A stretch of 45,862 bases of DNA from Octopus sinensis (lineage: Eukaryota): positions 1 through 45,862 of the forward strand of contig NW_021834664.1 in the NCBI RefSeq assembly GCF_006345805.1, written 5' to 3'. Below the pieces are notes generated by a model, which saw only the letters and a list, made by a program, of their open reading frames with translations, did no database searches and was not told where the DNA came from. Positions 25,657 to 38,341 of this stretch are shown here, piece by piece (position 1 is the stretch's first letter; every line of letters starts with the position of its first letter). Made by a program: the position numbers and the translations under genes.

Positions 25657-28466
25657 AACATCCAAAACAAAATACAAAAAATGAAAAAAAGATCTGTCGA
25701 TTCTTAATGAAATCAGTAGACAATAAACGCTACTGAGCAACAAAAAGAAAACAAAAATACTCCGCAAATATAACATCACGGAAAAAGATTTACCTGAGAT
25801 AAAAGAAAAACTGAAGCAAGATATCCTTGCCAAAGCACAAGAATCCGCCGGTACGAAAAACGCCAGCGCTTCTTTGAACAAAACAAAAAGTTCAACTCCA
25901 ACCCCAAAAAGTTCTACCAAGAACTGGTCAAAAATAAAATAGAAGTCACTGAAGCACCAACGGCAGAAGAATTGGAAGAATTCTGGAGAGAAATATGGTC
26001 GGCGAACGAACAACCAAAGAAAAGGAGTATCAAAATAACAAACTCGGCATCTGAGCAACTTTGGACCCCCATAACAACCGAAGAGGTCACCCAGGCACTG
26101 CAAAGACTAAGCAAGTGGAAGGCACCTGGGCATGACAAGATCCCCAACTTCTGGTTGAAATATCTAACAGGAATGCACAAAAAGCTGGCTGAAAACTTTA
26201 ACAACATACTAGCAGAGCCAGAGACAATGCCTGAATGGCTCACGAAGGGGAAAACCATCTTAATTCCCAAATCAAATGAGACAGCAAAACCAGAAAACTA
26301 CAGATCAATAACCTGTCTCCCTACTATGTACAAGGCATTTACTGCAGTGATAGGCTGAACAAGCACCTGAACGAAAACAAACTGTTTCCAGAAGAGCAGA
26401 AAGGATGCCGCAAAGGCTCATATGGCTGTAAAGATCAACTAATGATTAATAAAGCCATAACTGAAGACAGCCACAGAAAGAAGAAAGGCCTCAGTATGGC
26501 CTGGATCGACTACAAAAAGGCGTTTGATAGCATCCCCCCACACATGGATCCTCGAAACACTAGCCATTAACAAAGTAGCACCAATAATTATAAAATTCAT
26601 AGGGCACTCTATGAATAAATGGCAAACAGTCCTACACCTCCAAACAAAAGAGAGACTCATGAAAACCAAAGACTTCCCCATTAGAAAAGGAATATTCCAG
26701 GGAGACACGCTCTCTCCACTCCTTTTCTGCTTTGCACTGTCACCTCTATCTGATATGCTAAATAGAACTGGATGCGGATATAATGTTACGGCAAAACGAT
26801 CAGCCACCTTTTATATATGGATGACCTAAAACTATACGCTGCAAATGACAAACAGCTGGAAATACTATTAAAGACAGTTCATGGATTTACCAAAGAAATA
26901 GATATGAAATTTGGATTAGAAAAATGCGCCAAAGTAACCATGAAAAAAGGAAAACTAGTTAAGAGTAGCAACATCACACTAGATAAAACCAATGAAATAA
27001 AAGAATTAGACCAAAGCCAAACTTACAAATACTTAGGAATCCATGAACTAGATAAGACACAACACACACAAATGAAAGAGAAAATAAAAAACGAATATTA
27101 TAGACGAGTTAGATCAATACTAAAAACAGAGCTCAATGCTAAAAACAAGATAATAGGTATCAACACTTTAGCTGTCCCAGTTATAAGTTACAGCTACAAT
27201 ATCCTTAACTGGACACGAAATGAACTGTCCAAAATAGATAGGAAAACAAGAAAAATAATGACAGGATCTAGGATGCATCACCCAAAATCTGACATAGAAA
27301 GACTATATATACAACGTATAGAAGGTGGTAGAGGCCTTATACAACTGGAAAACTACTATAAAATAACCACCATAGGACTGCAAAAATATCTACTTCAGAA
27401 GGAAGGAAAACTGATACAAATAGCGGCAAAACACGAGCAAAACAAAACTGTACTCAGTATTTAAGGAAGCTGACAAATACAAACAAGAAATCATACCACC
27501 TAATAAATATGAAGAAGAAGAAGAAGAAGATGAAGAAACAACAAAAGCTATAAAACAAATGAAATCCAAACTAAAAATAGAACACCAACGAACCATGATA
27601 AAACGATGGCAAGAAAAGCCCCTTCATGGTAAATACTGGACTAAACTAAACGCAAAAGAAATAGACAAAGAAAAATCCCAGCAATGGTTGAGAAGCTCAG
27701 GACTCAAAGCAGAAACAGAGGGATTTTTAATTGCAGCACAAGACCAAAGCCTCCCCACCAGGAATTACCAAAAACATGTAATGAAAAGAAATATACAAGT
27801 AACTGCAGAATATGTGGAGATGGACAAGAAACAATAAATCATATTATCTCTGGCTGCCCAGTCCTGGTTAAGAAGGAATATATTCACAGACATGACAGAG
27901 TTGGAACCTACATACATTGGAAGCTATGCCAACATTATGGAATAACAACAGAAAAAAGATGGTATAGGCACACACCAGAAAAGGTCACAGAAAACGAGAA
28001 AGCAACCATACTCTGGGATATGCCGATACACACAGATAGAGAAATTAAGGCCAACAGGCCAGATATAGTTGTCAGAGATCATGAAGAAAAAAAATGCTTT
28101 CTAATTGATGTATCAATACCGGCAGATGACAACGTGTCTCTAAAAGAAATGGAGAAACTCTCAAAATACAAAGACCTGGAAATAGAGGTAACCAGAATGT
28201 GGAATCTAAAAACCGAAACAATTCCTATCATAGTAGGTGCATTAGGCATGATAAAAAATATTCAGACAAATACATAACAAAAACACCAGGACTTACAAAC
28301 ACATATAACAAACAGAAAATTGCACTACTAGGCACTGTACACATCCTACGCAGAACACTTTCCATACAATAACCATCAGAGCATCACAACAAATCACAGC
28401 ACATACCCAAGGCACACAGAGCTGCACTCGGTAGTGAAGTGAAAACACGCTATAAAAATAAAACTA

Positions 28467-28470
<4 letters not shown>
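25657..28470 (+). mobile_element. R4/Dong-like LINE, 5'-truncated, flanked by (TAA)n on both sides
   Basis: KAPGHDKI, ENYRSITCLPTMYK, WIDYKKAFDS, GIFQGDTLSP, YMDDLKLY, CRICGDGQETINHIISGC, RHDRV, ANRPDIVV, IDVSIP, KLSKYKDL; 3' UTR; several frameshifts. Confidence 0.93.
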
Positions 28471-28525
<55 letters not shown>

Positions 28526-28557
28526 TAATAACAATAATAATAATAATAATAATAACA

Positions 28558-30698
28558 ATAACAAAGGGTGCCGCCGAGGCTCTTACGGATGCAAAGATCA
28601 ACTGCTAATTAATCGTATGATCCTTGAGAACTGTCACAACAAGCGCAGAAATCTCAGCTCCTCATGGATTGACTATAAAACGTCGACAGTATACCGCATC
28701 CATGGATCTTGAGATCGCTGGACATCTTCAAAATTTCCCCTGTGATTTCAAACTTCCTGAAGCACAATATGTCGTTGTGGAATACGAATCTCCAATTATA
28801 CCACTCTAATGGAGTACTTGCCTCAGAAAATATAAACATCAACTGTGGAATTTTTCAAGGTGACTCACTTTCACCTTTAATATTCTGCATAGCCCTAATA
28901 CCCCTTACAAGTGAATTAAACAGAACAGGGTATGGGTATAAAATTGCCAATAAAAAAATAAGCCATCTATTTTATATGGATGACATAAAACTTTATGGTA
29001 AAGACAATAATGAACTTGAAGGCCTATTGCGCACTGTGAAAGCATTCAGCGATGACATCGGGATGGAGTTTGGACTTGAGAAGTGTGCCAAGGCCACTTT
29101 CCAGAAAGGGAAAGTGAAGACCACAAATTCAGTCGTGTTAGATGTTGGCACAGTCATAAGAGAGCTTGAGCAAGAACAAACATACAAATATTTAGGGATA
29201 AATGAAGGCTCTGGTATTCAGCATGCAAGCATGAAAGAGAAGATCAGGAAGGAATGTTATAGGAGAGTTCGTGCAGTCCTGAAATCTGAACAAAATGCTC
29301 GTAACAAGGTGTTAGCTATAAATTCCTTAGCAGTTCCAGTTGTTACTTATAACTACAATGTGTTGAACTGGAATATGAGTGAAGTAAAGAATATAGATAG
29401 GAAAATACGCAGGCTGCTGAGTTGTAATAGGATGCACCACCCAAAGGCAGACGTAGATCGCCTTTACCTTTCCAGAGCCCAAGGAGGTCGAGGCCTGATC
29501 CAATTTGAACTAGCTTACAAAACAACCACAATTGGACTGGCCAAATATCTCGAAATAACGAATGACTGGATGCTAAAGCTCGTGGAAAATCACGAGAGAC
29601 GAAAGAAGCTTCATTCTATCATAAAGGAAAGCAAAAAATTTGCTATTGATCTCGTGCAGGATACCCAAACTGAACAACCCGAGGGAAGTACGGCAACTAT
29701 TGCTGCAAAGAAGGTGAAAATAATGGCAACGAAAAAAGAGCATGAGCAATTGGCTGATAGGTGGGAGGAGAAACCTCTGCACGGCAAATATGTGACCCGC
29801 AGCAAACAAGCTGATGTTGACCAGAAGCAAACCCATCAGTGGCTACGGAGCTCAGGGCTAAAAGCAGAGAGCGAAGGTTTCATCCTGGCTGCTTAAGATC
29901 AAAGCCTATTAACCCGGAACTACCAGGCCAATGTGATGAAAAATGGAGCAGACCCAAAATGCCGATTCTGCAACGACATGATTGAAACAGTGGACCACCT
30001 AATCTCTGGATGTAAAGTCTTAGCACCAGTGGAGTATAAATTAAGACATGACAGTGTTGGCCAATATCTACACTGGCTAATAAGTCGGCATTACAATATC
30101 AAAACTGCCGACAAGTGATATAATCACCACCCTGAGGCTGTAACTGAAGGAGAAAATGTAACGATTCTGTGGAACTTTCCAGTACATACAGACCGAACCA
30201 TCAAGGCCAATAAACCAGATATTGTTGTGAAAGACCAAAACAATAAAGTTTGCTTACTGATCGACATGAGCATCCCCTGTGATCATAATATCTCAGCGAA
30301 AGAGTTTGACAAGCTCAGAAAATATAAAGACCTACTCATTGAAATTGAGAAAATGTGACATCTCAAGGCGGTTACAATACCAGTGATCGTAGGAGCACTA
30401 GGAATGATCAAGAAGGGAACCGAAAATTATATGAGAATGATCCCTGGCTTACCATCCCTGCAAGGATTGCAAAAAATTGTCTTAACTGGTACATCACACG
30501 TATTGAGAAGAGCATTATCGATGTGAGAACTGTTGCTGCTCATGTATTTTAATATAACTTAAAAAAAATTAAAAAAATGAACGAACTATTGATTTTGGTT
30601 TAATGGCCTACCAATGTATACTATGAGTTTCTTTGTCCTAGGAGTCGGGATGACACTCGGCAAGAAATGGAAGCAAATTTGAAAGAAGAAAAAAAAAG
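28558..30698 (+). mobile_element. Second R4/Dong-like LINE (different subfamily), 5'-truncated within RT, followed by (AAT)n
   Basis: ORF 28709-29896 with GIFQGDSLSP, YMDDIKLY, GGRGL; CRFC...DHLISGC, RHDSV, ANKPDIVV, IDMSIP; (AAT)n about 30700-30810. Confidence 0.93.
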
Positions 30699-30711
30699 TA
30701 ATGATAATAAA

Positions 30712-30757
<46 letters not shown>

Positions 30758-30772
30758 GTAATAATAATAATA

Positions 30773-30807
<35 letters not shown>

Positions 30808-31171
30808 TATTATTATTATTATATTATTACTATTATTGCAACAACACTAGTTTTCTATACTTGGACATAGAAACGATCTTGTTTAGAGAATTTAAAACTT
30901 TAATATCTACAATTTTCTATGAAAATTTTACCCCTTTTTCCTTCCTGACTGCTCGAATATGCAAACATACCATTTATTGCAAGAAATTAAACGCACGATA
31001 TAAATAAATGAGACCAACACCTGCCAATATATACAAACTGCACAATTACGAAAACTATAAACTACAGAAAAACCTATAAAAAGAAAATGAAAACATAAAA
31101 AATTATCCCGCCCCTAAACCGCATAAAATTTAAAAAATCAACGATGTGTGTGTGTGTATATATATATATAT

Positions 31172-31730
31172 ATACTAAGTAATTAAGGGTTTAGCAACGA
31201 TTTGCCTCACCACAGACCGAATTTAGAAATAGCAGTCAAAGAGTTATAGCTATTCTTTCTACTAAAAGGGAGATCTCAGTAAAACCACAGCACTTGAAAG
31301 GCAAACACAGACAGGCAAGAGAGAAAGAAATGACGGCAATCTATCATACAATTTTAAGTCACCTACGGACGTACGTTTCGAAATTAAGTTTTAGGAAAGC
31401 ATAAGATGCTTTCCTAAAACTTAATTTCGAAACGTACGTCCGTAGGTGACTTAAAATTGTATGATAGATTGCCGTCATTTCTTTCTCTCTTGCCTGTCTG
31501 TGTTTGCCTTTCAAGTGCTGTGGTTTTACTGAGATCTCCCTTTTAGTAGAAAGAATAGCTATAACTCTTTGACTGCTATTTCTAAATTCGGTCTGTGGTG
31601 AGGCAAATCGTTGCTAAACCCTTAATTACTTAGTATTACTTAAACTTTCCTCGAATGAGGCTTTTACATGCCGAAATCTACTTGGTGAAATTAATGATTA
31701 TTCCAAATTAATTGATTTCACCCTATATTA
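31172..31730 (+). mobile_element. Fold-back element 2: perfect 231-bp inverted arms (31172-31402 and 31406-31636) with a 3-nt loop, plus unique tail
   Basis: No mismatch found by eye between the arms; flanked by (TA)n; homologous to element 1. Confidence 0.9.
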
Positions 31731-31733
31731 TTA

Positions 31734-31801
<68 letters not shown>

Positions 31802-31807
31802 ATACTA

Positions 31808-31877
<70 letters not shown>

Positions 31878-32199
31878 TATTATTATTATTATTATTTTTC
31901 TATCAATAATTAAAAACAGAAGGTGAACTGTTTCTTTCCAATGCCAAGTTCAGCGCTCTCATTGATCGCTGGTTGTAGTAAACACATTTGAAGTCTGTTG
32001 ACTGCAAGCGTGTGACGTTTCTTTTGTTCCCTGATCGCACAGGAATGCGAGGCTCCATTGCTGATCTCCTCCTCACCATTTACAGACTTGTGGAATTTGG
32101 TCCATTTACCAAGCTGCTTCTCTTTCTCCTACTATCTCCTCAAACCCATACATATTTATGTTTATCTCAAGAACAAGACAAACGTCGAAGTTAAACAAC

Positions 32200-32608
32200 A
32201 TTTAAGGAGCAAAGAGTGCATCTCAAGACGGTTACAATACCAGTGATTGTAGAAGCACTTGGGACGATCAAAAATGGAACTGAAAATTATTTGAGAATGA
32301 TACCTGGATTACCATCCCTGCAGGAAGCGCAAAATATTGTCTTAACTGGTATGTCACACGTATTGCGTATTGAGAAGAATATTGTCGATGTGAAATTTCT
32401 TTCCCGTTTTGTCCTATATTTTTTCTGTTTACTGTTATATTTTATATCTTTTCTTATCTTTTTCTTCTACTTTTTTCTATCACATGACTTTGTAGCTGAA
32501 CAATTTGGTGTGATTATTTTAAAGACCTATAAATGTATACAGTGCGTTTCTATGCTCCAGGTGTCAGGATGGCACTCAGCAAGAGAAGGAAACAGAATTG
32601 AAAGAAGA
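32200..32608 (+). mobile_element. 3' fragment of the R4/Dong subfamily seen at 28558-30698, followed by (TAA)n(GAA)n
   Basis: HLKTVTIPVIVEALGTIKNGTENYLRMIPGLPSLQE matches 30355-30520; similar 3' UTR end. Confidence 0.85.
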
Positions 32609-33282
32609 TAATAATGAAAGTGATAATAATAATAATATAATAATAATAATAATAATAATAATAAGAAGAAGAAGAAGAGAAGAAGAAGAAGAAGAAGAAG
32701 AAGAAGAAGAGAAGAAGAAGAAGAAGAAGAAGAATTAATGGAAACCATAACGAAACCAAGCAAAAGAACGGCGGTCGGTTAATCATAACTCTTGTAAGAT
32801 GGTTGATTTAGAAGTCACACACAAACGCAAACACACACTCTACTATGCAACACCCCTCCAAAAACATACAAGAATAAACTCATACTGCAAATATCCAACA
32901 AAATTGACAAAACCCACAACATGTGTCATAGAAGGTTGATAACCGACAGAAGAAGACAACCTGCGCTACACAAACAACACACAAGATAAAAACTAACAGA
33001 ATCGAAGACTCAAAAAAAAGCCCATAAGAAAACGTACTGATACAATGCAATATCTCTTCCCCACCACCAATAAAATGCAGCATAGCACCCCACCGTACAA
33101 AAGTACAACAACTGATGAAATAGAAAGATATTGAGAAATAATAGTGGTGATGACGATGGGGACGAACGTTACCTTACCTATGTTTATGAGAGACAGGAGT
33201 TTCTGAAAAACTTGGTTGTAACAGCGAAAATGAAGCTGGGCCTTTAAGCGATGGCCTCTCGCTTGGTAGTGGTTCAGTAAAG

Positions 33283-33960
33283 ATGCAGACTGACCACAAC
33301 TGTCATCCTAATACAGCATCTGCAGATAACAGAGCAAAGAGGAGGAAGTGGACCAGCAAAGAAAGCAGGATAGCGATACAATGCTACTTAGAAAGTGAAC
33401 CTAAAAGAAGGGGATATATAATACGGATGTTAACACTTTGGGTAGAGAAGGGTTTGTTTAAAGTGACTGAGCAGAGATTAGTTGATCCAGCTAATGCTAT
33501 TAGGAGAAGAAAGTGGCTGACAGAATTGGAAGTAGAAGAGATCATAAGAGAACTAGAAAAGAAAGACGTAGCAGTGGGAAAGACAAACAGCAGCATAAGA
33601 GATACAGTTCCAACCAAAGAAGAAGAGGAAGATCAGAAGATTTTAGATGCGTTGCGGGATGTAATGAGTAAAGAAGTAAGAAAAAGAACGCCAGCATTAA
33701 AATGCCTAACAAAAGGAAGCTGCTAGAAATGACCAGAAAAATAGATTCTATTATCAGGAGGATAGATACTAAAAATATAGAAGACACTAGTTTATTTATG
33801 CAGGAGAGGTAGTAGTCACCAGAAGATTAGATATCTCCCAGGGAGAGATTAGAAAAAAAAACAAATGTGGAAAAGGAGACTATAAAATAAAATGAAGACT
33901 TTAAGAGAAGATCTAAGTTGAACAGAAACCTGGAAAATAAACGAGTTAGAAAACATAACC
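33283..33960 (+). mobile_element. N-terminal fragment of an R4-like LINE ORF
   Basis: RRKWTSKES...QCYLES...RRGY..RM...W....VTEQRLVD.AN.IRRRKWLTELE, an N-terminal pattern I associate with R4-clade ORFs. Confidence 0.6.
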
Positions 33961-35095
33961 TTCGTATTTCCCACTTTAAATCGTCATAGTTGTTTATTTT
34001 TTCTTCTTCTTTCACATTGATCCTTTTGTCACTGGGTTATAATATATCAATTATCATAAATGTTCTGTCCTTTTTATTCACCACAACAGTCCGGTTTCCG
34101 ATGTCTGGTCAGGTGATTGCACAAGATTTTGCAGTTCTCATTTTCGGTGTCACCTTCTGGGTTTTCTCACACACCACGTGTTTGCTCTTTGTAGGCCGTG
34201 ATTTCCACAGAGCTCCCATAGGATCATTCTTGCTACATTGTCATGTATTCGCGTTGTGCCAATTATGACATTCGCTAACGATGTGACATACCATTTCACT
34301 CCTCTCACCACCCATTCTGCATTTGTCACTATCGGTAGTGTTGCCAATTCTGCACTTCATATAATTGGTCCTTAACACTTTTATTGAGCTGCGCACATGA
34401 GTGTTTCTGTCTCTAATTTCAAGTCACTCCTTACCCCTAGCTACTGGTCGTCTGTATCTGTGTTGGCGTTCACATCTCTTGCAAACTTGTTCGTTTCTTG
34501 TTTAAAATTTTTTTTAGTTATACAATTTTCATTTTTGATGACACCAGCCTTCTTCATGTATTTCAACAGGGACACAGGAAATTTTTCATATTCCATCCAA
34601 GGCTGTTTTCTTCTGCCTTGGTACAGACCTAGCAACTGATCAAACCTCTCCCACCCTTCCTTCTGAACAAGTACAGCCTATCGGTTTCACTATTAGGGTG
34701 GAAAACTCCTTGTATTGTCAATATTTTTCATTTCTTTCTTTTGCCATTTTATAATTCCCGCTCCATACCGAAGTGATGATATCGCCCACGTATTAACTGC
34801 TTCGATTTTATTTATCCAGTCAATTTTCAGCGCACCAACAACCTCAGTCTTTGGAAAGACTCCATCCTCAGTCGCTCTTTCACTTCCTTTTCTATTATTT
34901 CGTTGCACTCTAGTACACCAAGTAATATATATTCTTTCATTCCAATTTGCTTAATCAAGTCACTATTCGGTAATTCTAACCCGCTAGGGACTGTACCTGG
35001 TTTATTTTTAGGCTGATTATTCCGCACGTCTTAAGTCCAAATTTCATTCTAATATCAGTACTAAAACAGTGGACCGTATTCACCAAGGAACTCAC
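33960..35095 (-). mobile_element. R4-like LINE RT-C/RLE fragment in inverted orientation
   Basis: Minus strand: FGLKTCGI, NKIEAVNTWAISSLRYGAGII, HDNVARMILWELC, NYDDLKWEIRRL. Confidence 0.75.
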
Positions 35096-35109
35096 TTGTG
35101 TCTCAAATA

Positions 35110-35760
35110 GGCATCCGACCAATTCTTCAACGCGAAACAGGGAGGTTGAGTTGTCAGAGGTAAGGCACGAGCACTTAGACACGAAGGGACGAAAGCCGTT
35201 CAATGATCTGCAATGGTAGAGGCACAGTGTGGCAGTAAATCCACGATTCGATGCTTGCCGGGTCATGACGAACAAACGATAACTAATCCGTGACAGATGT
35301 GTGCGGCCTTTCAGCAGCGCTTCGCCCAACAGTCCGAGAGTAGCGGTGACCGAGTCACAGGATGGGTTTCACGTATTACCTCGACAGGATGCTGCGGCTC
35401 TCGACGACGAAGGCGGAGCACTGGGAAAGGCCGATAACAGCCTTTGCAATATGGGAAGCAATGGCTAACTACACGAGGTGTAAATCGTCTGGTTTGGATG
35501 GTCTGCCCTACCAGTTTCACGCTTATACATCAGACTTGTTGGGCAACCTCTTAGCAAACGTTTACTGGAAGTGACGGCAGAATGAGAGAATTGTTAGTTT
35601 TGTGAGCCGAGGACCGGTGTCGTTGCTGAGGAAAAACACGAACAAGGGGAATTGTATTGACAACTCTAGGCCCATAACTCTGCTGAATGCAGAGTTGAAA
35701 AATTTTAGCGAAGCTGTTAGCTACGAGGTTGGCGCTTGTCGACTGGGATCTGGTAGGGGG
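35110..35760 (+). mobile_element. Tx1/L1-like LINE fragment (linker to start of RT)
   Basis: KSSGLDGLPYQF, NKGNCIDNSRPITLLNAELK. Confidence 0.7.
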
Positions 35761-35789
35761 CACAGACATACGTCATCCAGAAAAGATAT

Positions 35790-36985
35790 ATCACCGACAA
35801 CCTTGACGTTTACTGAGTTTACTGACATGATCAATAGAGAACCACTGGCAAAGTTCTCAAACGGCATAAAAAATTAAACAACATAACCATGATATATAAC
35901 TTTGCTCTTAGACAACTCTTAAGAAATAAGGCGAATGATCTAACAACATCAAACGAGGCATCTTTCAAGGTGACTCCCTCGCTCTATTACTCTTTTGCAT
36001 GCCACTGATCCCACTCTCAAACGAACTGAATAACACCAGGTACAAAGTTTAAAACACTATAATTAACTGTTTTATTTGGACGATCTGAATTTGTTAATTT
36101 GTTTGCTAGAGATGATGAAGAAAGGCGAGTAGGGCTGTGAACAACTGTTAAAAAGTTTAGCAATGATGTCGGGATGGATTTCGGCCTTGATAAATGTGCT
36201 AAAGCAACTTTTGTCAGAGGCAAGCTCAAACAAACATACCATTAAATTTGATACCGTCGCTACCATCAAGGAACTTGACTCACAAGAAAGTTGGGGATAA
36301 AAGAAGGAGATGGTGTACAGGATATTACCATGAAGAAAAAAATAAGAAAGGAGTACTTCTAGAGAATGACATACTGAAAACTGAACTGAACTCGAAAGAT
36401 CGCGAAGCCATTAACACCCTAACACTTCCAGTAGTCCAATACAGTTTTAACATAATTAACTGGAATCTAACAGAGTTCCTACACCTGAACAGAAAGACAA
36501 GAAAACTACTAATATCTAAAAATATACACAACCTCAAACAGACGTTGATCGTCTGTACATACCTAGAAGTAATGGGGGAAGAGGAACGATGCAGGTAGAA
36601 CTGTGCTATAAGACCTCCACTATAGCAATGACAAGTATTTATTTCGTGCAAACAAGAAAACAGTAAAAAAAAAAACACGCTCTATTGTCAAGGAAGCTTG
36701 CACACATTCGCAGGAAACTAGGCATCAACTCTGAATTAGATGAAGAACCTGTACCATTTCCACCAAATAATTAAAACGAATCAATCAGACTGCACAAAAA
36801 ATAGACAGAAAAAAATTGAGGAGCAGTGGAGCGAGAAGCCCCTGCATGGATGGTATGTACTTCGAATCCGAAATACTGGTATATACCATCAGTAGCTGAG
36901 AAGCTCAGGGCTGAAAGCAGGGACTGAAGGTTTCATATTGGCGGTACAAGATCAAAGCTTGCTCACTAGCAACTATTAGGCTAAC
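35790..36985 (+). mobile_element. Decayed R4/Dong-like LINE fragment
   Basis: GIFQGDSL, DVGMDFGLDKCAKAT, AINTLTLPVVQYSF, LRSSGLKAGTEGFILA. Confidence 0.8.
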
Positions 36986-37158
36986 ATTATTTACATTATT
37001 TACATTCGACGGATATTTGTCCTCATTTTGTTTGTTGTTAACACAGCGTTTCGGCTGATATACCCTCCAGCCTTCTTCAGGTGTCTTGGGGAAATTTCGA
37101 ACCTAGGTTCTCATTCCTAAGGTATTTTTCGATGTTGTTGTTGTTGTTGTTATTATTA

Positions 37159-37221
<63 letters not shown>

Positions 37222-37309
37222 CATTATTATTAAGGTCACTGCTTGGAATCGAACTCGGAGTCTTGGGGTTTGTAGCCCGTGCTCTTAACCACTACGCCAT
37301 ATGCCCGTG
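36984..37309 (-). mobile_element. SINE-like element: tRNA-like Pol III head, (AAT)n spacer, hammerhead motif, short (AATGTAAAT)n tail
   Basis: A box TGGCGTAGTGG (about 37300-37290), B box GAGTTCGATTCC (37256-37245), (AAT)/(AAC)n 37133-37231, hammerhead core 37085-37040, tail repeat 36984-37005. Confidence 0.7.
37040..37085 (-). ncRNA. Minimal type I hammerhead ribozyme motif, probably inactive copy
   Basis: GACAC-CUGAAGA-A-GGCUG(10 nt)CAGCC-GAAA-CGCU-GUGUU: stem I GACAC/GUGUU and 5-bp stem II; position 16.1 is C rather than the conserved U. Confidence 0.65.
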
Positions 37310-37411
37310 GGCAATTATGGGGTGAATTATAGTGTGAATCTATCTCTCTCTCACTCTCTCTCTCTCACTCCCTCTACCTATCCATCAATCCATCTATCTA
37401 TCCATCAATCC

Positions 37412-37500
<89 letters not shown>
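37412..37500. repeat. (TATC)n microsatellite
   Basis: Direct tandem repeat. Confidence 0.95.
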
Positions 37501-37976
37501 CTGGCCAATCGCTCATCAACCTTTCAAGTACCACTTGAAAAGGAAGGTGAGAATGGAGAGGCAGGTTTTGTCTCACGAAAGTTTCAAAATAAGGTGGGTG
37601 AATGTAGCAAAGATGGTGCGCGCGAGTGACGAAACCACTTTGAGCATGATCCTGTAAATCGTAAAAGAGAGAGAGCACATTGCTCTCATGTGTTTATTTC
37701 CTCCCTGCCTGGGGTTACCGTGGTCTTTTCTGTAGGCTTTTCTTCCCGCGGATGAACCTAATCTTGTTTCTTACTTTTTAAAGAATTTGTTTCTGTGATA
37801 CACGATCCCTTTTGATCGCCTTTTTAAAAAAAATTATTTTTCCGAACCCTTTTGATCGAAATTTTACATTCGTTTCGTTTTTTGTTCCTTTTTTTCTTTT
37901 TCCATATTCGAAAAGAAATGCTCTACATTTGTATTTGTCCCCTCTGTATTCAGCCCTGTGTGGCCAATAAAGGAAG

Positions 37977-38094
<118 letters not shown>

Positions 38095-38256
38095 GTTCTG
38101 GGTTTCTAACTGTTAATGATGACTGATAAAATCATCCCCCTCTACCTAAACCGTTAGTAATAGTGGGTATATAAGCAGTGTATTTGCCACTGATGACGTC
38201 TCAAAACAGAATTGAATTTCAAGTATTGTAATTATAGTAGAGAATTTTTTTTAACT

Positions 38257-38257
<1 letters not shown>

Positions 38258-38313
<56 letters not shown>

Positions 38314-38341
38314 GACTACGACTACGACTACTACTACTACT
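38258..38341. repeat. (CTA)n/(CGA) microsatellite
   Basis: Direct tandem repeat. Confidence 0.95.

Noticed and set aside
31920-32120. Short stop-free minus-strand frame (GKWTKFHKS...)
   Set aside because: No start or splice acceptor and no recognisable domain; probably mobile-element debris.
37234-37309. Functional tRNA gene
   Set aside because: A and B boxes are present, but the acceptor stem does not pair and it runs into (AAT)n, so it is treated as a SINE head.
38146-38199. Possible 54-nt phase 1-1 micro-exon (DVISGKYTAYIPTITNGL) of the PAN gene
   Set aside because: Weak acceptor (GAG) and donor (GTAGAG); could be chance. RNA-seq junctions would decide.
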